A DNA stretch of 64,000 bases from Candidatus Onthovivens sp. (GCA_036746835.1 DAIODM010000001.1:64281-128280), one strand, 5' to 3'. Numbered from the stretch's first letter, positions 1 to 9,651 are shown. Made by a program: numbers and translations. Notes: generated by a model from the sequence alone, not told the origin.

Positions 1-1301
1 TTCCAAATGAGCCATGTTTATATTATCATTTAGGCCAATGTTTAGCTCCTTGTATTAAAGAAGTACCAAAGGAAAAATATGACGAAATAATCGCACAAAT
101 TAGAGATTTTTTAAAAGGAAATAATAAGAAATTAGTTGGCGAAGTCAAACAAAAAATAAAACAGTATAGTAATGACTTAGACTTTGAAAATGCAAACGAA
201 TATAAACAAATTTTAGATAGTCTAAATCACATAAACGATAAACAAGATGTTGAACTATTGAATAAGACAAATATTGATCTTTTTGCATATAACATTCGTG
301 AAGGTTATCTTTCGTTAGCTGTTTTTATCGTTAGAAAAGGAATATTGATTGCAAAACGTAATTTTGTTTATGAAATAGTAGGCGACCTTGATGAGTTTTT
401 ATCTGATATGATCTGCCAATATTATCAATATAACACCCTTCCAGCCGAAATAATTGTTGGAAACGATAATATTAAAGATTCATTACAAGAATTATTAGGA
501 ATTAAAATTTCAAATCCAAGTAGAGGAAAATTGAAAGATCTTGTTTTCTTAGCCCAAGAAAACGCAAAAGAAGGATTAGATGAGCATTTTATGAGTGCAA
601 GACTAGAAGATGATAAGCTTTCAATTCTTGAGCAACTTGGCAATCTTTTAAAAATTAAGACTCCATATAGAATAGAACTTTTTGATAACTCACATTTACA
701 AGGGACCAACGCAATAGGTGCGATGGTGTGCTTCATAAATGGCGAACCTAATAAAAAAATGTATCGTAAATTTGATATAGAATCAGAAAATAAAAAAGAT
801 GATACTTCAAGTATGCGAGAGGTTATTACTAGAAGATATACAAGGTTAAAAGAAGAGGGAGAAAAATTCCCTGATTTAATCTTACTTGATGGTGGAATTG
901 AACAAATAAATGCCGCAAAAGAAGCACTTGATAAAATAAATGTTAAAATTAATTTGGCTGGATTATCTAAAAGCGATAAACATAGAACAAATTCTTTATT
1001 AGATAGTAGTGGAAATGTAATTGATATTGATAACAATAAACAATTATTTTTCTTACTAACGAGAATGCAAGATGAGGTGCATAGATTTGCTATTACCTCA
1101 CACAAACTCAAACGAACTAAATCTATGTTTAAGAGCATATATGATGATATTGAGGGAATTGGGCTAAAGCGTATAGAACAAATGAATAAAGCTTATCCTA
1201 CTTTAGATGATTTAAAAAATGGTACAGTTTATGAATTTAAGCAAATAATTCCTGAAAAATCTGCGATTGCGTTATACAATAAATTGAGGGATTTAAAATG
1301 A
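1..1301 (+). CDS. uvrC: Excinuclease ABC subunit C (UvrC), 5'-truncated by the window edge
   Basis: Frame 3 is open from position 3 (PNEPCLYYHLGQCLAPC...). It continues into the 347-aa ORF with the UvrC endonuclease region and a C-terminal helix-hairpin-helix (IEGIGLKRIEQM). The stop is TGA at 1299-1301. Confidence 0.9.
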   Translation, partial: PNEPCLYYHLGQCLAPCIKEVPKEKYDEIIAQIRDFLKGNNKKLVGEVKQKIKQYSNDLDFENANEYKQILDSLNHINDKQDVELLNKTNIDLFAYNIREGYLSLAVFIVRKGILIAKRNFVYEIVGDLDEFLSDMICQYYQYNTLPAEIIVGNDNIKDSLQELLGIKISNPSRGKLKDLVFLAQENAKEGLDEHFMSARLEDDKLSILEQLGNLLKIKTPYRIELFDNSHLQGTNAIGAMVCFINGEPNKKMYRKFDIESENKKDDTSSMREVITRRYTRLKEEGEKFPDLILLDGGIEQINAAKEALDKINVKINLAGLSKSDKHRTNSLLDSSGNVIDIDNNKQLFFLLTRMQDEVHRFAITSHKLKRTKSMFKSIYDDIEGIGLKRIEQMNKAYPTLDDLKNGTVYEFKQIIPEKSAIALYNKLRDLK

Positions 1302-2233
1302 GCGAAAAAATTAAAGATTATTTCCAAAAAGGTGACTTTGTAAATGTCATTAAAGAGACATCTTCTTCGAATGATGCTGAAGATCTTTTGTTTAGAATCT
1401 TAAGTTTTGAAGCACTCTATAAATATGATGATGCACTCGCTGAATACTATAAAAATAGGTCATTAGTAGAAAATTGGGATTTAATTAGTAGTTGTAAAGC
1501 ATTGGTTTTCCTTTTAGTTTATTTTAAAAAAGACAATGAATTAACTCTTGAGATTGAACATTTTAGAGACTTCCCATACATTAACCAAGAGACCGAAGAA
1601 TTTATGAAAAATTTGGATAATTACATTATTCATTTAAAAGAATATTTTAATGAATCTAAAGAAGATGTTTCAGAAAATTTAACCAATATAAAAGAAACAC
1701 TTTTTAATGGAAATAAAGATGAACAATTATATGCAATTAAAAAGATTTATGATCTAGAATCTCAAGGAATTTCTTGTTTAGGTGTTGTTTCTGAATATTT
1801 AAAGACTAAAACAAACTTTGATACAAATTATTCTCTTCTTTTAGATTATGCAATTTTTGCAAAACTTCCTGATAAATTAATATTCAAAAAGCAGGGGAAG
1901 TATTTTTCAATTGTACCTGCCGATTACACATCTTATCTAAAAGTTCTTTCGGAAGAGCTAAATAATAAGATTAAATATATGAATATGACTGAGAAAAATG
2001 TAAGCATTATTCGATATATTTCCGTTTTAGCTCGTCCAACTTTTATTTATGTTTTACCAGAAAAATTAAGAACAGAAGATTTAGATTCTTTGATGGCAGC
2101 TCTTGTAATTGAAGGTAGTAAACTTTATGGGATTGATATAACAACAGATGATTACTTGAAAAATTTGGTTTTTACAGAGTCAAAAGTTAATGATTTTAAG
2201 GCAATAATTGCTATTGTACAAAACGAATTTTAG
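1298..2233 (+). CDS. Hypothetical 311-aa soluble protein, translationally coupled to uvrC
   Basis: The ATG at 1298 overlaps the uvrC TGA (ATGA). It is a long ORF in an AT-rich genome. I recognise no family motif. Confidence 0.6.
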   Translation: MSEKIKDYFQKGDFVNVIKETSSSNDAEDLLFRILSFEALYKYDDALAEYYKNRSLVENWDLISSCKALVFLLVYFKKDNELTLEIEHFRDFPYINQETEEFMKNLDNYIIHLKEYFNESKEDVSENLTNIKETLFNGNKDEQLYAIKKIYDLESQGISCLGVVSEYLKTKTNFDTNYSLLLDYAIFAKLPDKLIFKKQGKYFSIVPADYTSYLKVLSEELNNKIKYMNMTEKNVSIIRYISVLARPTFIYVLPEKLRTEDLDSLMAALVIEGSKLYGIDITTDDYLKNLVFTESKVNDFKAIIAIVQNEF

Positions 2234-2258
2234 TACTAAAAATACCGATGCATTTTTA

Positions 2259-2287
2259 TTGTATTAGATTTTAATCTAATATATAAT
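2259..2287 (+). promoter_or_regulatory. Candidate sigma-A promoter for tig (TTGTAT-17 nt-TATAAT)
   Basis: TTGTAT at 2259-2264, a 17-nt spacer, and TATAAT at 2282-2287. It sits 40 nt upstream of the tig ATG. Confidence 0.4.
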
Positions 2288-2326
2288 CTTTACATACGCA
2301 AAATTAAGGAGAAAGTTTATTTAATT

Positions 2327-3694
2327 ATGGCTACAAAATTAATCGATAAAGGCGATGCTGTTTACGAAGTTACTACTTCAGTTGATGGCAAAGTTTGGAG
2401 TGATGCCCAAGAAAAAGCTACTAAGAAATTAGCAGAAAACGTTGAAATTAAGGGATTCCGTAAGGGAAAAGCTCCATTAGAGCTCGCTAAAGAAAGAATC
2501 ACTAAAGGTCAAGTTTATGAAGAAGCAATGAATATTGTTCTTCCAAAAATGTTTAGTGATGTTGTTATTGAACATAAATTACAACCATACTACAGACCAG
2601 ATGTTTTACCAACCAAGGTAAGTGATACTGAATTAGAAGTTAAATTCACTATTATTTGTATTCCAGAAGTTACATTAGGTAAGTATACTGGCATTAAAGT
2701 TGCTCTTGATAAGGTCACTGTTGATGCAAAAGAAGTTAAAGATCAAATTGACCATTTGAAAGAAGAGAATGCTGAATGGATCATGAAGGAAAATGAACCA
2801 GCCGCTTTAGGTGATACAGTTGTTATGGATTTCAAAGGTTATGTTGATGGCAAAGAATTTGAAGGTGGTAGTGCTGATAACTATTCACTTGTTCTTGGTA
2901 GTAATCAATTTATTCCAGGATTTGAACCTCAACTTGTTGGTGCAAAACCAGAATCTAAAGTTGATGTTGAAGTTACCTTCCCAGAACAATATGTTAAAGA
3001 ATTAGCTGGTAAAAAGGCTAAATTTGCATGTATGATTCACGAAGTCAAGACTAAGAAATATCCTGAACTTAACGATGAATTTGCTAAAGGTTTAAAACTT
3101 CCAGGTGTTACTGATATGAAGTCACTTGAAAAGTATGAAGAAACCCAAGTTCATGATAGAAAATTAGCTGAAGCTAAGAATAAGCAATTCAGTGAAATTT
3201 TAGATCAAATCACTAAAGATGCTAAAGTTACTATTGCTAAACAAGTCATTGATGGTGAAGCTGAACAAGTTAAAAAAGAGATGGAAAATCAAATTACTCA
3301 AAATGGTTTAACCATCGACCAATACAAAGAAATTACTGGTTTAACTGATGAACAATTAACCAATCAATATCGTACTGAAGCTCAAACAAGAATCACTCAA
3401 TCACTTGTTTTAAACAAGATTGCTGAAACTGAAAAACTTGTTGTCAGTAACGATGAAATTAAAGAATATTACGAAAATATTGCAAAACAATACAATATGA
3501 AAGTTGAAGATGTTGTTAAAGCTTTACAACCTCAAGAAGATCGTTTAAAGCAACAATTAATTCAAGGTAAGATTGAACACTTTATTGTTGCAAACAATGC
3601 TAGTGAAGAAGTAAAGTCCACTGAAAAAGCTGCTGCTCCTAAGAAAGCTGCTGCTCCAAAAAAAGCTAAAGTAGAGAATAAAGAAGCTAAATAA
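2327..3694 (+). CDS. tig: Trigger factor (ribosome-associated PPIase chaperone)
   Basis: N-terminal ribosome-binding motif GFRKGKAP and a central FKBP-like region (MDFKGYVDGKEFEGG). Synteny is tig-lon-engB. Confidence 0.92.
   Translation: MATKLIDKGDAVYEVTTSVDGKVWSDAQEKATKKLAENVEIKGFRKGKAPLELAKERITKGQVYEEAMNIVLPKMFSDVVIEHKLQPYYRPDVLPTKVSDTELEVKFTIICIPEVTLGKYTGIKVALDKVTVDAKEVKDQIDHLKEENAEWIMKENEPAALGDTVVMDFKGYVDGKEFEGGSADNYSLVLGSNQFIPGFEPQLVGAKPESKVDVEVTFPEQYVKELAGKKAKFACMIHEVKTKKYPELNDEFAKGLKLPGVTDMKSLEKYEETQVHDRKLAEAKNKQFSEILDQITKDAKVTIAKQVIDGEAEQVKKEMENQITQNGLTIDQYKEITGLTDEQLTNQYRTEAQTRITQSLVLNKIAETEKLVVSNDEIKEYYENIAKQYNMKVEDVVKALQPQEDRLKQQLIQGKIEHFIVANNASEEVKSTEKAAAPKKAAAPKKAKVENKEAK
3629..3664 (+). 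repeat. Tandem 18-bp in-frame repeat encoding AAAPKK x2 in the trigger factor C-terminal tail
   Basis: gctgctgctcctaagaaa (3629-3646) is followed by gctgctgctccaaaaaaa (3647-3664). Both are in the tig frame. Confidence 0.8.
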
Positions 3695-3717
3695 TATTAG
3701 TTTCTAGGAGGTTAATA

Positions 3718-6045
3718 ATGAAGTTTGAAAAAAACATTCCATTTAATCTACCAGTTTTAATTACTCGTGGCCTAGTTTTATTTCCAGGTCAAGGGGAAAC
3801 AATTTTTGCTGAACGAGAGTTTAGTTTAAATGCAATTAATATTTCGACTACTACTTATGATTCTTATATTTTGTTAGTATCACAAAAAGATGTTAGCAAA
3901 GATAATATAGAGACTTATGAAGAGTTCTACCATGTAGGAACTCTTTGTCGTGTATCACAAGTTAGTCAAATTAAAAACGGACTTAAAATTAAGATTAATG
4001 CTGTTGAAAGAGTCACATTAGACAACATGACTATTTTAAATGATGTTATCTATTGTGATGGACATTTATTTGAAGATGTTGATGGTGATGCTCAAGAAGA
4101 AGAAGCAATTATTAAAGAATTATTCAAAACATTTGAAAATTTTGATTCTTCTATCTTTATTGAACAAAATAGTAAGGTTATTGCTTCACAATTATCAAAA
4201 GGCATTAGTGCTAAAGAGATTTCTTATCTTTTAAGTAGCAATATAAGTTGTAGTTTAGAAGATAAAGAAAATTTATTAGAAGCAAAAGACATTAATAGTC
4301 GATTGGTTCTTCTAATTTCATTATGTAATGGACTTATTAAAAATGCTGAAATTGAACGAAAAATTCAAAATGAAGTTCGTGATAGTGCAGAAAAGAATCA
4401 AAAAGAATATTTCTTAAGAGAAAAATTAAAAGCTATTAAGAAAGAACTTGGTGAAGATGATGCAGATGCTGATCCTGACAATATAGTTGATAAAGTTGAA
4501 AAGGGTAATTATCCTGCAAATATCAAAGCCAAAGTTAAAGATGAGATGAAAAAGTTCGAAATGCTTCCTCAAGGTTCACTTGAATCAAGTTTAATTAGAA
4601 CTTATATAGATTTACTTTTAAGTCTTCCTTGGAGTGAAAAGACTGATGATAATCAAGATCTTGCAAATGTTGCTAAGATTTTAGATGAAGATCATTATGG
4701 CCTTGAAAAACCAAAGAAGAGAATTCTTGAATATCTTGCAGTTAAACAAATGACAGGCAATTTAAAAGCTCCTATCCTTTGTTTTTATGGACCTCCAGGA
4801 ACTGGTAAAACAAGTTTAGCTAAATCAATCGCTCGTGCTTTAGGGAGAAATTTTGTTAAATCTTCCTTAGGTGGAATTAGTGATGAAGCTGAAATTCGTG
4901 GCTTTAAACGAACTTATGTTGGTAGTGCCCCAGGTAGAATCATTCAAGGATTAAAACGTTCAAAAACTAATAATCCTGTCTTTTTACTTGATGAAATCGA
5001 TAAACTTGATAAATCTTACCATGGAAATCCTGCAAGTGCTTTACTTGAAGTTCTAGATCCAGAACAAAATTCTCAATTTACCGATAACTTTATTGAAGAA
5101 CCTTTTGATTTATCAAATGTTCTCTTTATTTGTACCGCTAACTATCTTGAAAACATTCCAGCTCCATTGCTTGATCGTTTAGAATTAATCGAATTAAATA
5201 GTTATACTGCAATTGAAAAATTACATATTGCTAAAGAACATTTAATTGAAAAAGCAATTAAAGCTAATGGTTTAACTGATGAACAAATTAAATTCACGGA
5301 TAATTCAATTGATTTCTTAATTGAAAGATATACTCGTGAAGCTGGTGTTCGTGAACTTGAACGTTTAATTAATAGTATTTGTCGTAAGGTTTGTGTGGAA
5401 ATTTTAAATAAGAAGATTACTTCTATTGAAATTAAACCTCACGATGTAAAAGTTTATTTAGGTACCGAAATCTTTGATAGCACACACAAAGAAAATGGCA
5501 GTCAAGTTGGTGTCGTTACTGGTCTTGCATATACTGAATATGGTGGAGATATCCTTCCAATTGAAGTCAATTATTTCCCAGGAAAAGGTAATTTAATCTT
5601 AACTGGTAAACTAGGCGACGTTATGAAGGAATCATGTTCAATTGCGCTAGATTTTATTCGTAGTAATGCTAAAAAATATAACATCGATTCTTCACTTTTT
5701 GATAAGAATGATATTCATATTCACGTTCCAGAAGGAGCTGTTCCAAAAGATGGTCCATCTGCTGGTGTTGCAATTACAATCGCTATTATTTCAAGTTTAA
5801 CTAATAAACCTGTAAGTGGTGATATTGCAATGACAGGAGAAGTCACTTTACGTGGTAACGCTCTTCCTATTGGTGGATTAAGAGAGAAATCTCTTGCTGC
5901 TTTAAGAAGTGGTATTAAAACAATTATTGTTCCTTTAAAAAACAAGAATAATGTCGAAGAATTACCAAAAGAAGTAAAAGATAACTTACATATTGAATAT
6001 ATGACTTCTGTTGATGATGCATATAAGGTTGTTTTTGGCGCATAA
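3718..6045 (+). CDS. lon: ATP-dependent Lon protease
   Basis: Walker A GPPGTGKTS and the catalytic Ser motif PKDGPSAG. RBS AGGAGG lies upstream. Confidence 0.95.
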   Translation: MKFEKNIPFNLPVLITRGLVLFPGQGETIFAEREFSLNAINISTTTYDSYILLVSQKDVSKDNIETYEEFYHVGTLCRVSQVSQIKNGLKIKINAVERVTLDNMTILNDVIYCDGHLFEDVDGDAQEEEAIIKELFKTFENFDSSIFIEQNSKVIASQLSKGISAKEISYLLSSNISCSLEDKENLLEAKDINSRLVLLISLCNGLIKNAEIERKIQNEVRDSAEKNQKEYFLREKLKAIKKELGEDDADADPDNIVDKVEKGNYPANIKAKVKDEMKKFEMLPQGSLESSLIRTYIDLLLSLPWSEKTDDNQDLANVAKILDEDHYGLEKPKKRILEYLAVKQMTGNLKAPILCFYGPPGTGKTSLAKSIARALGRNFVKSSLGGISDEAEIRGFKRTYVGSAPGRIIQGLKRSKTNNPVFLLDEIDKLDKSYHGNPASALLEVLDPEQNSQFTDNFIEEPFDLSNVLFICTANYLENIPAPLLDRLELIELNSYTAIEKLHIAKEHLIEKAIKANGLTDEQIKFTDNSIDFLIERYTREAGVRELERLINSICRKVCVEILNKKITSIEIKPHDVKVYLGTEIFDSTHKENGSQVGVVTGLAYTEYGGDILPIEVNYFPGKGNLILTGKLGDVMKESCSIALDFIRSNAKKYNIDSSLFDKNDIHIHVPEGAVPKDGPSAGVAITIAIISSLTNKPVSGDIAMTGEVTLRGNALPIGGLREKSLAALRSGIKTIIVPLKNKNNVEELPKEVKDNLHIEYMTSVDDAYKVVFGA

Positions 6046-6047
6046 TT

Positions 6048-6638
6048 ATGGATTATTGTTACAATAAGGCAGAATTTATAAAATCTTGTGATGGTAACAA
6101 ATCACTTCCTGAAAATAGACTTCAGGAAGTGATTTTTGTTGGAAAAAGTAATGTTGGCAAGTCATCTCTTATAAACGCACTTGTTAATCAAACAAATTTA
6201 GCATTTACTTCGAGCAAACCAGGTCACACGAGATTACTTAATTACTATCTTATCGATAACAAGTTTTATTTTGTTGATTGTCCTGGTTATGGATTTAGTA
6301 GAAAAAAAGATATCGATTATGAGTTTTATGGAAATATGGTTGAAGGGTATTTTAAAGATAATAAATACTTAAGATTGATTGTATTTTTATTAGATAGTCG
6401 ACATGTTCCTACAGATGATGATTTAGACTTCTATAATTTTATAAAAGATTATAATTATAAATATGTCATCGTTATGACTAAAGCTGATAAATTAAATCAA
6501 TCAGGTAAGGCTCAAATAATTAAGAATCTAACGAGCAAATTTGGACCTGAAAGTAATAAATCAGTCTTAATGGTTAGTGTTAAAGACAAAAATAGTTTAG
6601 TTGGTTTAAAAAATAAAATTAATTCAGAGATTAAATAG
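6048..6638 (+). CDS. engB: Ribosome biogenesis GTPase EngB/YsxC
   Basis: G1 motif GKSNVGKSS, DCPGYG and TKADK. It sits directly after lon, as in Bacillus. Confidence 0.88.
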   Translation: MDYCYNKAEFIKSCDGNKSLPENRLQEVIFVGKSNVGKSSLINALVNQTNLAFTSSKPGHTRLLNYYLIDNKFYFVDCPGYGFSRKKDIDYEFYGNMVEGYFKDNKYLRLIVFLLDSRHVPTDDDLDFYNFIKDYNYKYVIVMTKADKLNQSGKAQIIKNLTSKFGPESNKSVLMVSVKDKNSLVGLKNKINSEIK

Positions 6639-6651
6639 TGGAGGAAAAGTT

Positions 6652-9240
6652 ATGGCACTTGATAAAAGATATGATTTTAAACAAGTAGAAGATGGAAAAT
6701 ATGAAAATTGGAAAAATAAAGGATATTTTACTGCTGGCGATAAGAGCAAGCAAAAATTTTCAATGGTTATTCCACCTCCAAATGTTACTGGAAAATTACA
6801 TATAGGCCATGCTTTAGATACTACTATTCAAGATATAACTTGTAGATATAAAAAAGCTAAAGGTTTTGATGTCCTTTATCTTCCTGGCTGTGATCATGCA
6901 GGAATTGCCACACAAGCTAAAGTTGATAAAAGGCTCCAAGAAATGGGTACTTCTAGATTTAAAATAGGTCGAGAAGAATTCATGAAACAAGCCTATGCTT
7001 GGAAAGATGAATATAGCAATATTATTCACCAACAATGGGCAAAAATGGGCTTAATGCTCGATTATTCTCGAGAAAGATTTACTTTAGATGACGGTTTTTC
7101 AAAAGCAGTTACTGAAGTTTTTATTAGACTTTATAACGAAGGTCTTATTTATCGTGGTGAACGTATTGTAAACTACGATCCAAAAATGAAGACAGCTTTA
7201 AGTAATATTGAAGTTATATATAAAGATGATAAAGGAAGTTTCTATTACTTTAAATATAGATTTGTTGATGATAAATCCAAATTCTTAACAATTGCGACAA
7301 CTCGCCCAGAAACAATGTTTGGCGATACTTGTATTTGTGTTAATCCAAAAGATAAGAGATATACAAAATATGTTGGCAAGAAAGTAATTAATCCTGCAAA
7401 TGGTGAAGAAATTCCTGTTATTGCTGATGATTACGTTGATATAAAGTTTGGCACTGGTGCTATGAAATGTACTCCGGCTCATGATCCTAACGATTGGATT
7501 ATTGGTCAAAAGTATGGTTTAGCTCATCCAATTATTATGAATATTGATGGGACTATGGCTTCAAATACTGGAAAATATGCTGGTATGGATAGATATAAAT
7601 GTCGTGAAGCCTTAATTGAAGAAATCAAAAAGAATGATGATTTAGTAAAGATAGAAGAGATGATTCACTCAGTTGGACACTCTGAAAGAAGTGATGAAGT
7701 AGTTGAGCCTATCCTTTCAAAGCAATGGTTTGTAAAAATGAAACCTCTTGCCGAAGCTGTTCTTGAACAACAAAAAGGAAAAGATAAAGCTACATTTTAT
7801 CCTAAGAGATTTGCTAAAGTATTAGAAAGATGGATGTCAAATTGTGATGATTGGTGTATTAGTAGACAACTTTGGTGGGGTCATAGAATTCCAGCATACT
7901 ACAATAAAACAACTGGAAATATACTAATTTCTTCCCAAAAACCTACTGATATGGAAAATTGGACACAAGATGAAGATGTTCTTGATACTTGGTTCTCAAG
8001 TGCATTATGGCCATTTGGAACTATGGGCTGGCCAGATGAAACTGGTGATTTAGAAAGATATTATCCATTAGATTGTATGTCTACTGGCTATGATATTATC
8101 TTCTTCTGGGTTGCTAGAATGTATTTCCAAGGATTACATTTTACTGGAAAAACTCCATTTAAAAATATTGTTATTCATGGATTAATTAGAGATTCACAAG
8201 GTCGTAAAATGTCTAAGTCATTAGGCAATGGAATCGATCCATTCGATGTAATTGCTAAATATGGCGTTGATAGTTTACGTTACTTTTTAGCAACTAGTAG
8301 TGCGCCAGGTCAAGATATGCGTTACAACGAAGAAAAACTTAATGCATGTCAAAATTATCTTAACAAGATTTGGAATAGCGCTCGTTATCTTTTAATGAAT
8401 ATTCCAGAAGGTTTTGATCCAAAAACTGTTGATACTAAAAAGTTAAATACTATCGATAAATACATTCTTTCTAAACTTGAAAAGACAATTCAAAAAGTCA
8501 CAAAATCGATGGATAAATACGAGTATGGAATTGCATCAAGTGTTCTATATAACTTTGTTTATGATGATTTCTGCTCATTCTATATTGAAATGACAAAAGT
8601 TAGTTTAAATGATGACAAATATTATAAGGATGGTGTTTATTTCACATTATTAAAAGTCCTTAAAGCAGTTTTAATGATGATTTATCCATTCTCACCATTT
8701 ATTACTGAAGAAATCTACTTAAATTTGCCAGAGCATAAGGACTCTATTATGCTTGAAGATTATCCAATTTATGAGAAACAATTTGTAAATAAACAAGCTG
8801 AAGAAATGGGTGACTTATTATCTAAAATTATTGAGACAATAAGAACTTATAAAGTTAATTCAAAATTAGCTCCAAATGCCAAAATCGATTTAAAAATTAA
8901 AACTGAATTAGACATTTCTAATTTAGTCGACTATATCAGTCGTTTTACATTTGCTAACAGTTTAGAAATTGTTAAAAATGATGTTAATAATTCAACAAGT
9001 TTTGTTTTGCCAAAACTTAACCTATATGTTGTTGATAATATTAACAAAGATGAACTTAAATTAACTCTTGAAAAAGATCTTGCTACGATGGATGCTGAAA
9101 TTACTAGAAGTGAAGGATTATTAAGCAATCAAAACTTCTTGAATAAAGCCCCAAAAGCAAAGCTTGATCTTGAAAAAGAAAAATACGAAAAATACAAAGC
9201 GCAAAAGGCTGAAATATTAGAAAAATTAAAAAATCTTTAA
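6652..9240 (+). CDS. valS: Valyl-tRNA synthetase
   Basis: Class I motifs PPPNVTGKLHIGH and KMSKSLGN, plus a C-terminal coiled coil. RBS GGAGGA. Confidence 0.96.
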   Translation: MALDKRYDFKQVEDGKYENWKNKGYFTAGDKSKQKFSMVIPPPNVTGKLHIGHALDTTIQDITCRYKKAKGFDVLYLPGCDHAGIATQAKVDKRLQEMGTSRFKIGREEFMKQAYAWKDEYSNIIHQQWAKMGLMLDYSRERFTLDDGFSKAVTEVFIRLYNEGLIYRGERIVNYDPKMKTALSNIEVIYKDDKGSFYYFKYRFVDDKSKFLTIATTRPETMFGDTCICVNPKDKRYTKYVGKKVINPANGEEIPVIADDYVDIKFGTGAMKCTPAHDPNDWIIGQKYGLAHPIIMNIDGTMASNTGKYAGMDRYKCREALIEEIKKNDDLVKIEEMIHSVGHSERSDEVVEPILSKQWFVKMKPLAEAVLEQQKGKDKATFYPKRFAKVLERWMSNCDDWCISRQLWWGHRIPAYYNKTTGNILISSQKPTDMENWTQDEDVLDTWFSSALWPFGTMGWPDETGDLERYYPLDCMSTGYDIIFFWVARMYFQGLHFTGKTPFKNIVIHGLIRDSQGRKMSKSLGNGIDPFDVIAKYGVDSLRYFLATSSAPGQDMRYNEEKLNACQNYLNKIWNSARYLLMNIPEGFDPKTVDTKKLNTIDKYILSKLEKTIQKVTKSMDKYEYGIASSVLYNFVYDDFCSFYIEMTKVSLNDDKYYKDGVYFTLLKVLKAVLMMIYPFSPFITEEIYLNLPEHKDSIMLEDYPIYEKQFVNKQAEEMGDLLSKIIETIRTYKVNSKLAPNAKIDLKIKTELDISNLVDYISRFTFANSLEIVKNDVNNSTSFVLPKLNLYVVDNINKDELKLTLEKDLATMDAEITRSEGLLSNQNFLNKAPKAKLDLEKEKYEKYKAQKAEILEKLKNL

Positions 9241-9282
9241 ACATTATGAAATTCCTCCCGATTAATTAGTAAGGAGGTTAGT

Positions 9283-9465
9283 ATGAATAGTGTTTTATTA
9301 ACTGATGATGAACTAGATTCAATTAGAGTAGGTGAAGCGATTACTCTTGCAGCTGTTATGGCTGTACTAGTTATTTCTATCGTTGCAGTTGTTGTTTATC
9401 GCTTATTTGTAAGTAAATCATCAACAGTAAAATTGCCTGGTGGATGGCAGTTTATTTGGAAATGA
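9283..9465 (+). CDS. 60-aa single-pass membrane peptide with a double-glycine-like N-terminal leader
   Basis: Strong RBS AAGGAGG lies 5 nt before the ATG. One clear TM helix (AITLAAVMAVLVISIVAVVVYRLFV). The N-terminus LTDDELDSIRVG resembles the LSxxELxxIxGG consensus. Confidence 0.6.
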   Translation: MNSVLLTDDELDSIRVGEAITLAAVMAVLVISIVAVVVYRLFVSKSSTVKLPGGWQFIWK

Positions 9466-9514
9466 TACGTAGTAATTAGCCTTAAAAATAATTCATTTTT
9501 TACATCTAAGTTGT

Positions 9515-9543
9515 TTGACACATATATGAAATATATGTATAAT
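9515..9543 (+). promoter_or_regulatory. Consensus sigma-A promoter of the rplU-prp-rpmA operon
   Basis: Perfect TTGACA (9515-9520), a 17-nt spacer, and perfect TATAAT (9538-9543). Confidence 0.75.
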
Positions 9544-9549
9544 CTTTCT

Positions 9550-9651
9550 TGTTGTAACTCACTTTTAGCTACAACCGCTTACAAAAGGTTTAAGAAAATA
9601 GCAATATTTCACCTTCGTAGCGAGTAATTTTTTAAACAGGAGGGAATACAC
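9550..9651 (+). promoter_or_regulatory. Structured about-100-nt rplU leader (ribosomal protein L21 leader-like)
   Basis: Hairpin GTTGTA(9551-9556)/TACAAC(9570-9575). A longer imperfect helix pairs gcttacaaaagg with ccttcgtagc. The position upstream of rplU matches the L21 leader known from low-GC Gram-positives. No covariance model was run. Confidence 0.45.

Noticed and set aside
425-1138. A 237-aa ORF antisense to uvrC, unusually long for an AT-rich genome.
   Set aside because: It lies entirely inside a well-supported uvrC frame, offset so that its stop codons would need specific sense-codon junctions. Its product is rich in S, L, I and F, which is typical of shadow ORFs. It has no RBS. The same reasoning applies to the other antisense track ORFs, such as 16869-17189, 29768-30040, 30317-30619 and 62115-62330.
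2811-3005. Short same-strand out-of-frame ORFs inside tig, lon, secDF, obg, relA and others (for example 2811-3005, 4040-4234, 14099-14338, 18858-19121).
   Set aside because: They are embedded in conserved genes in alternative frames, have low-complexity L/I/K/M-rich products, and have no RBS. There is no evidence for overlapping genes.
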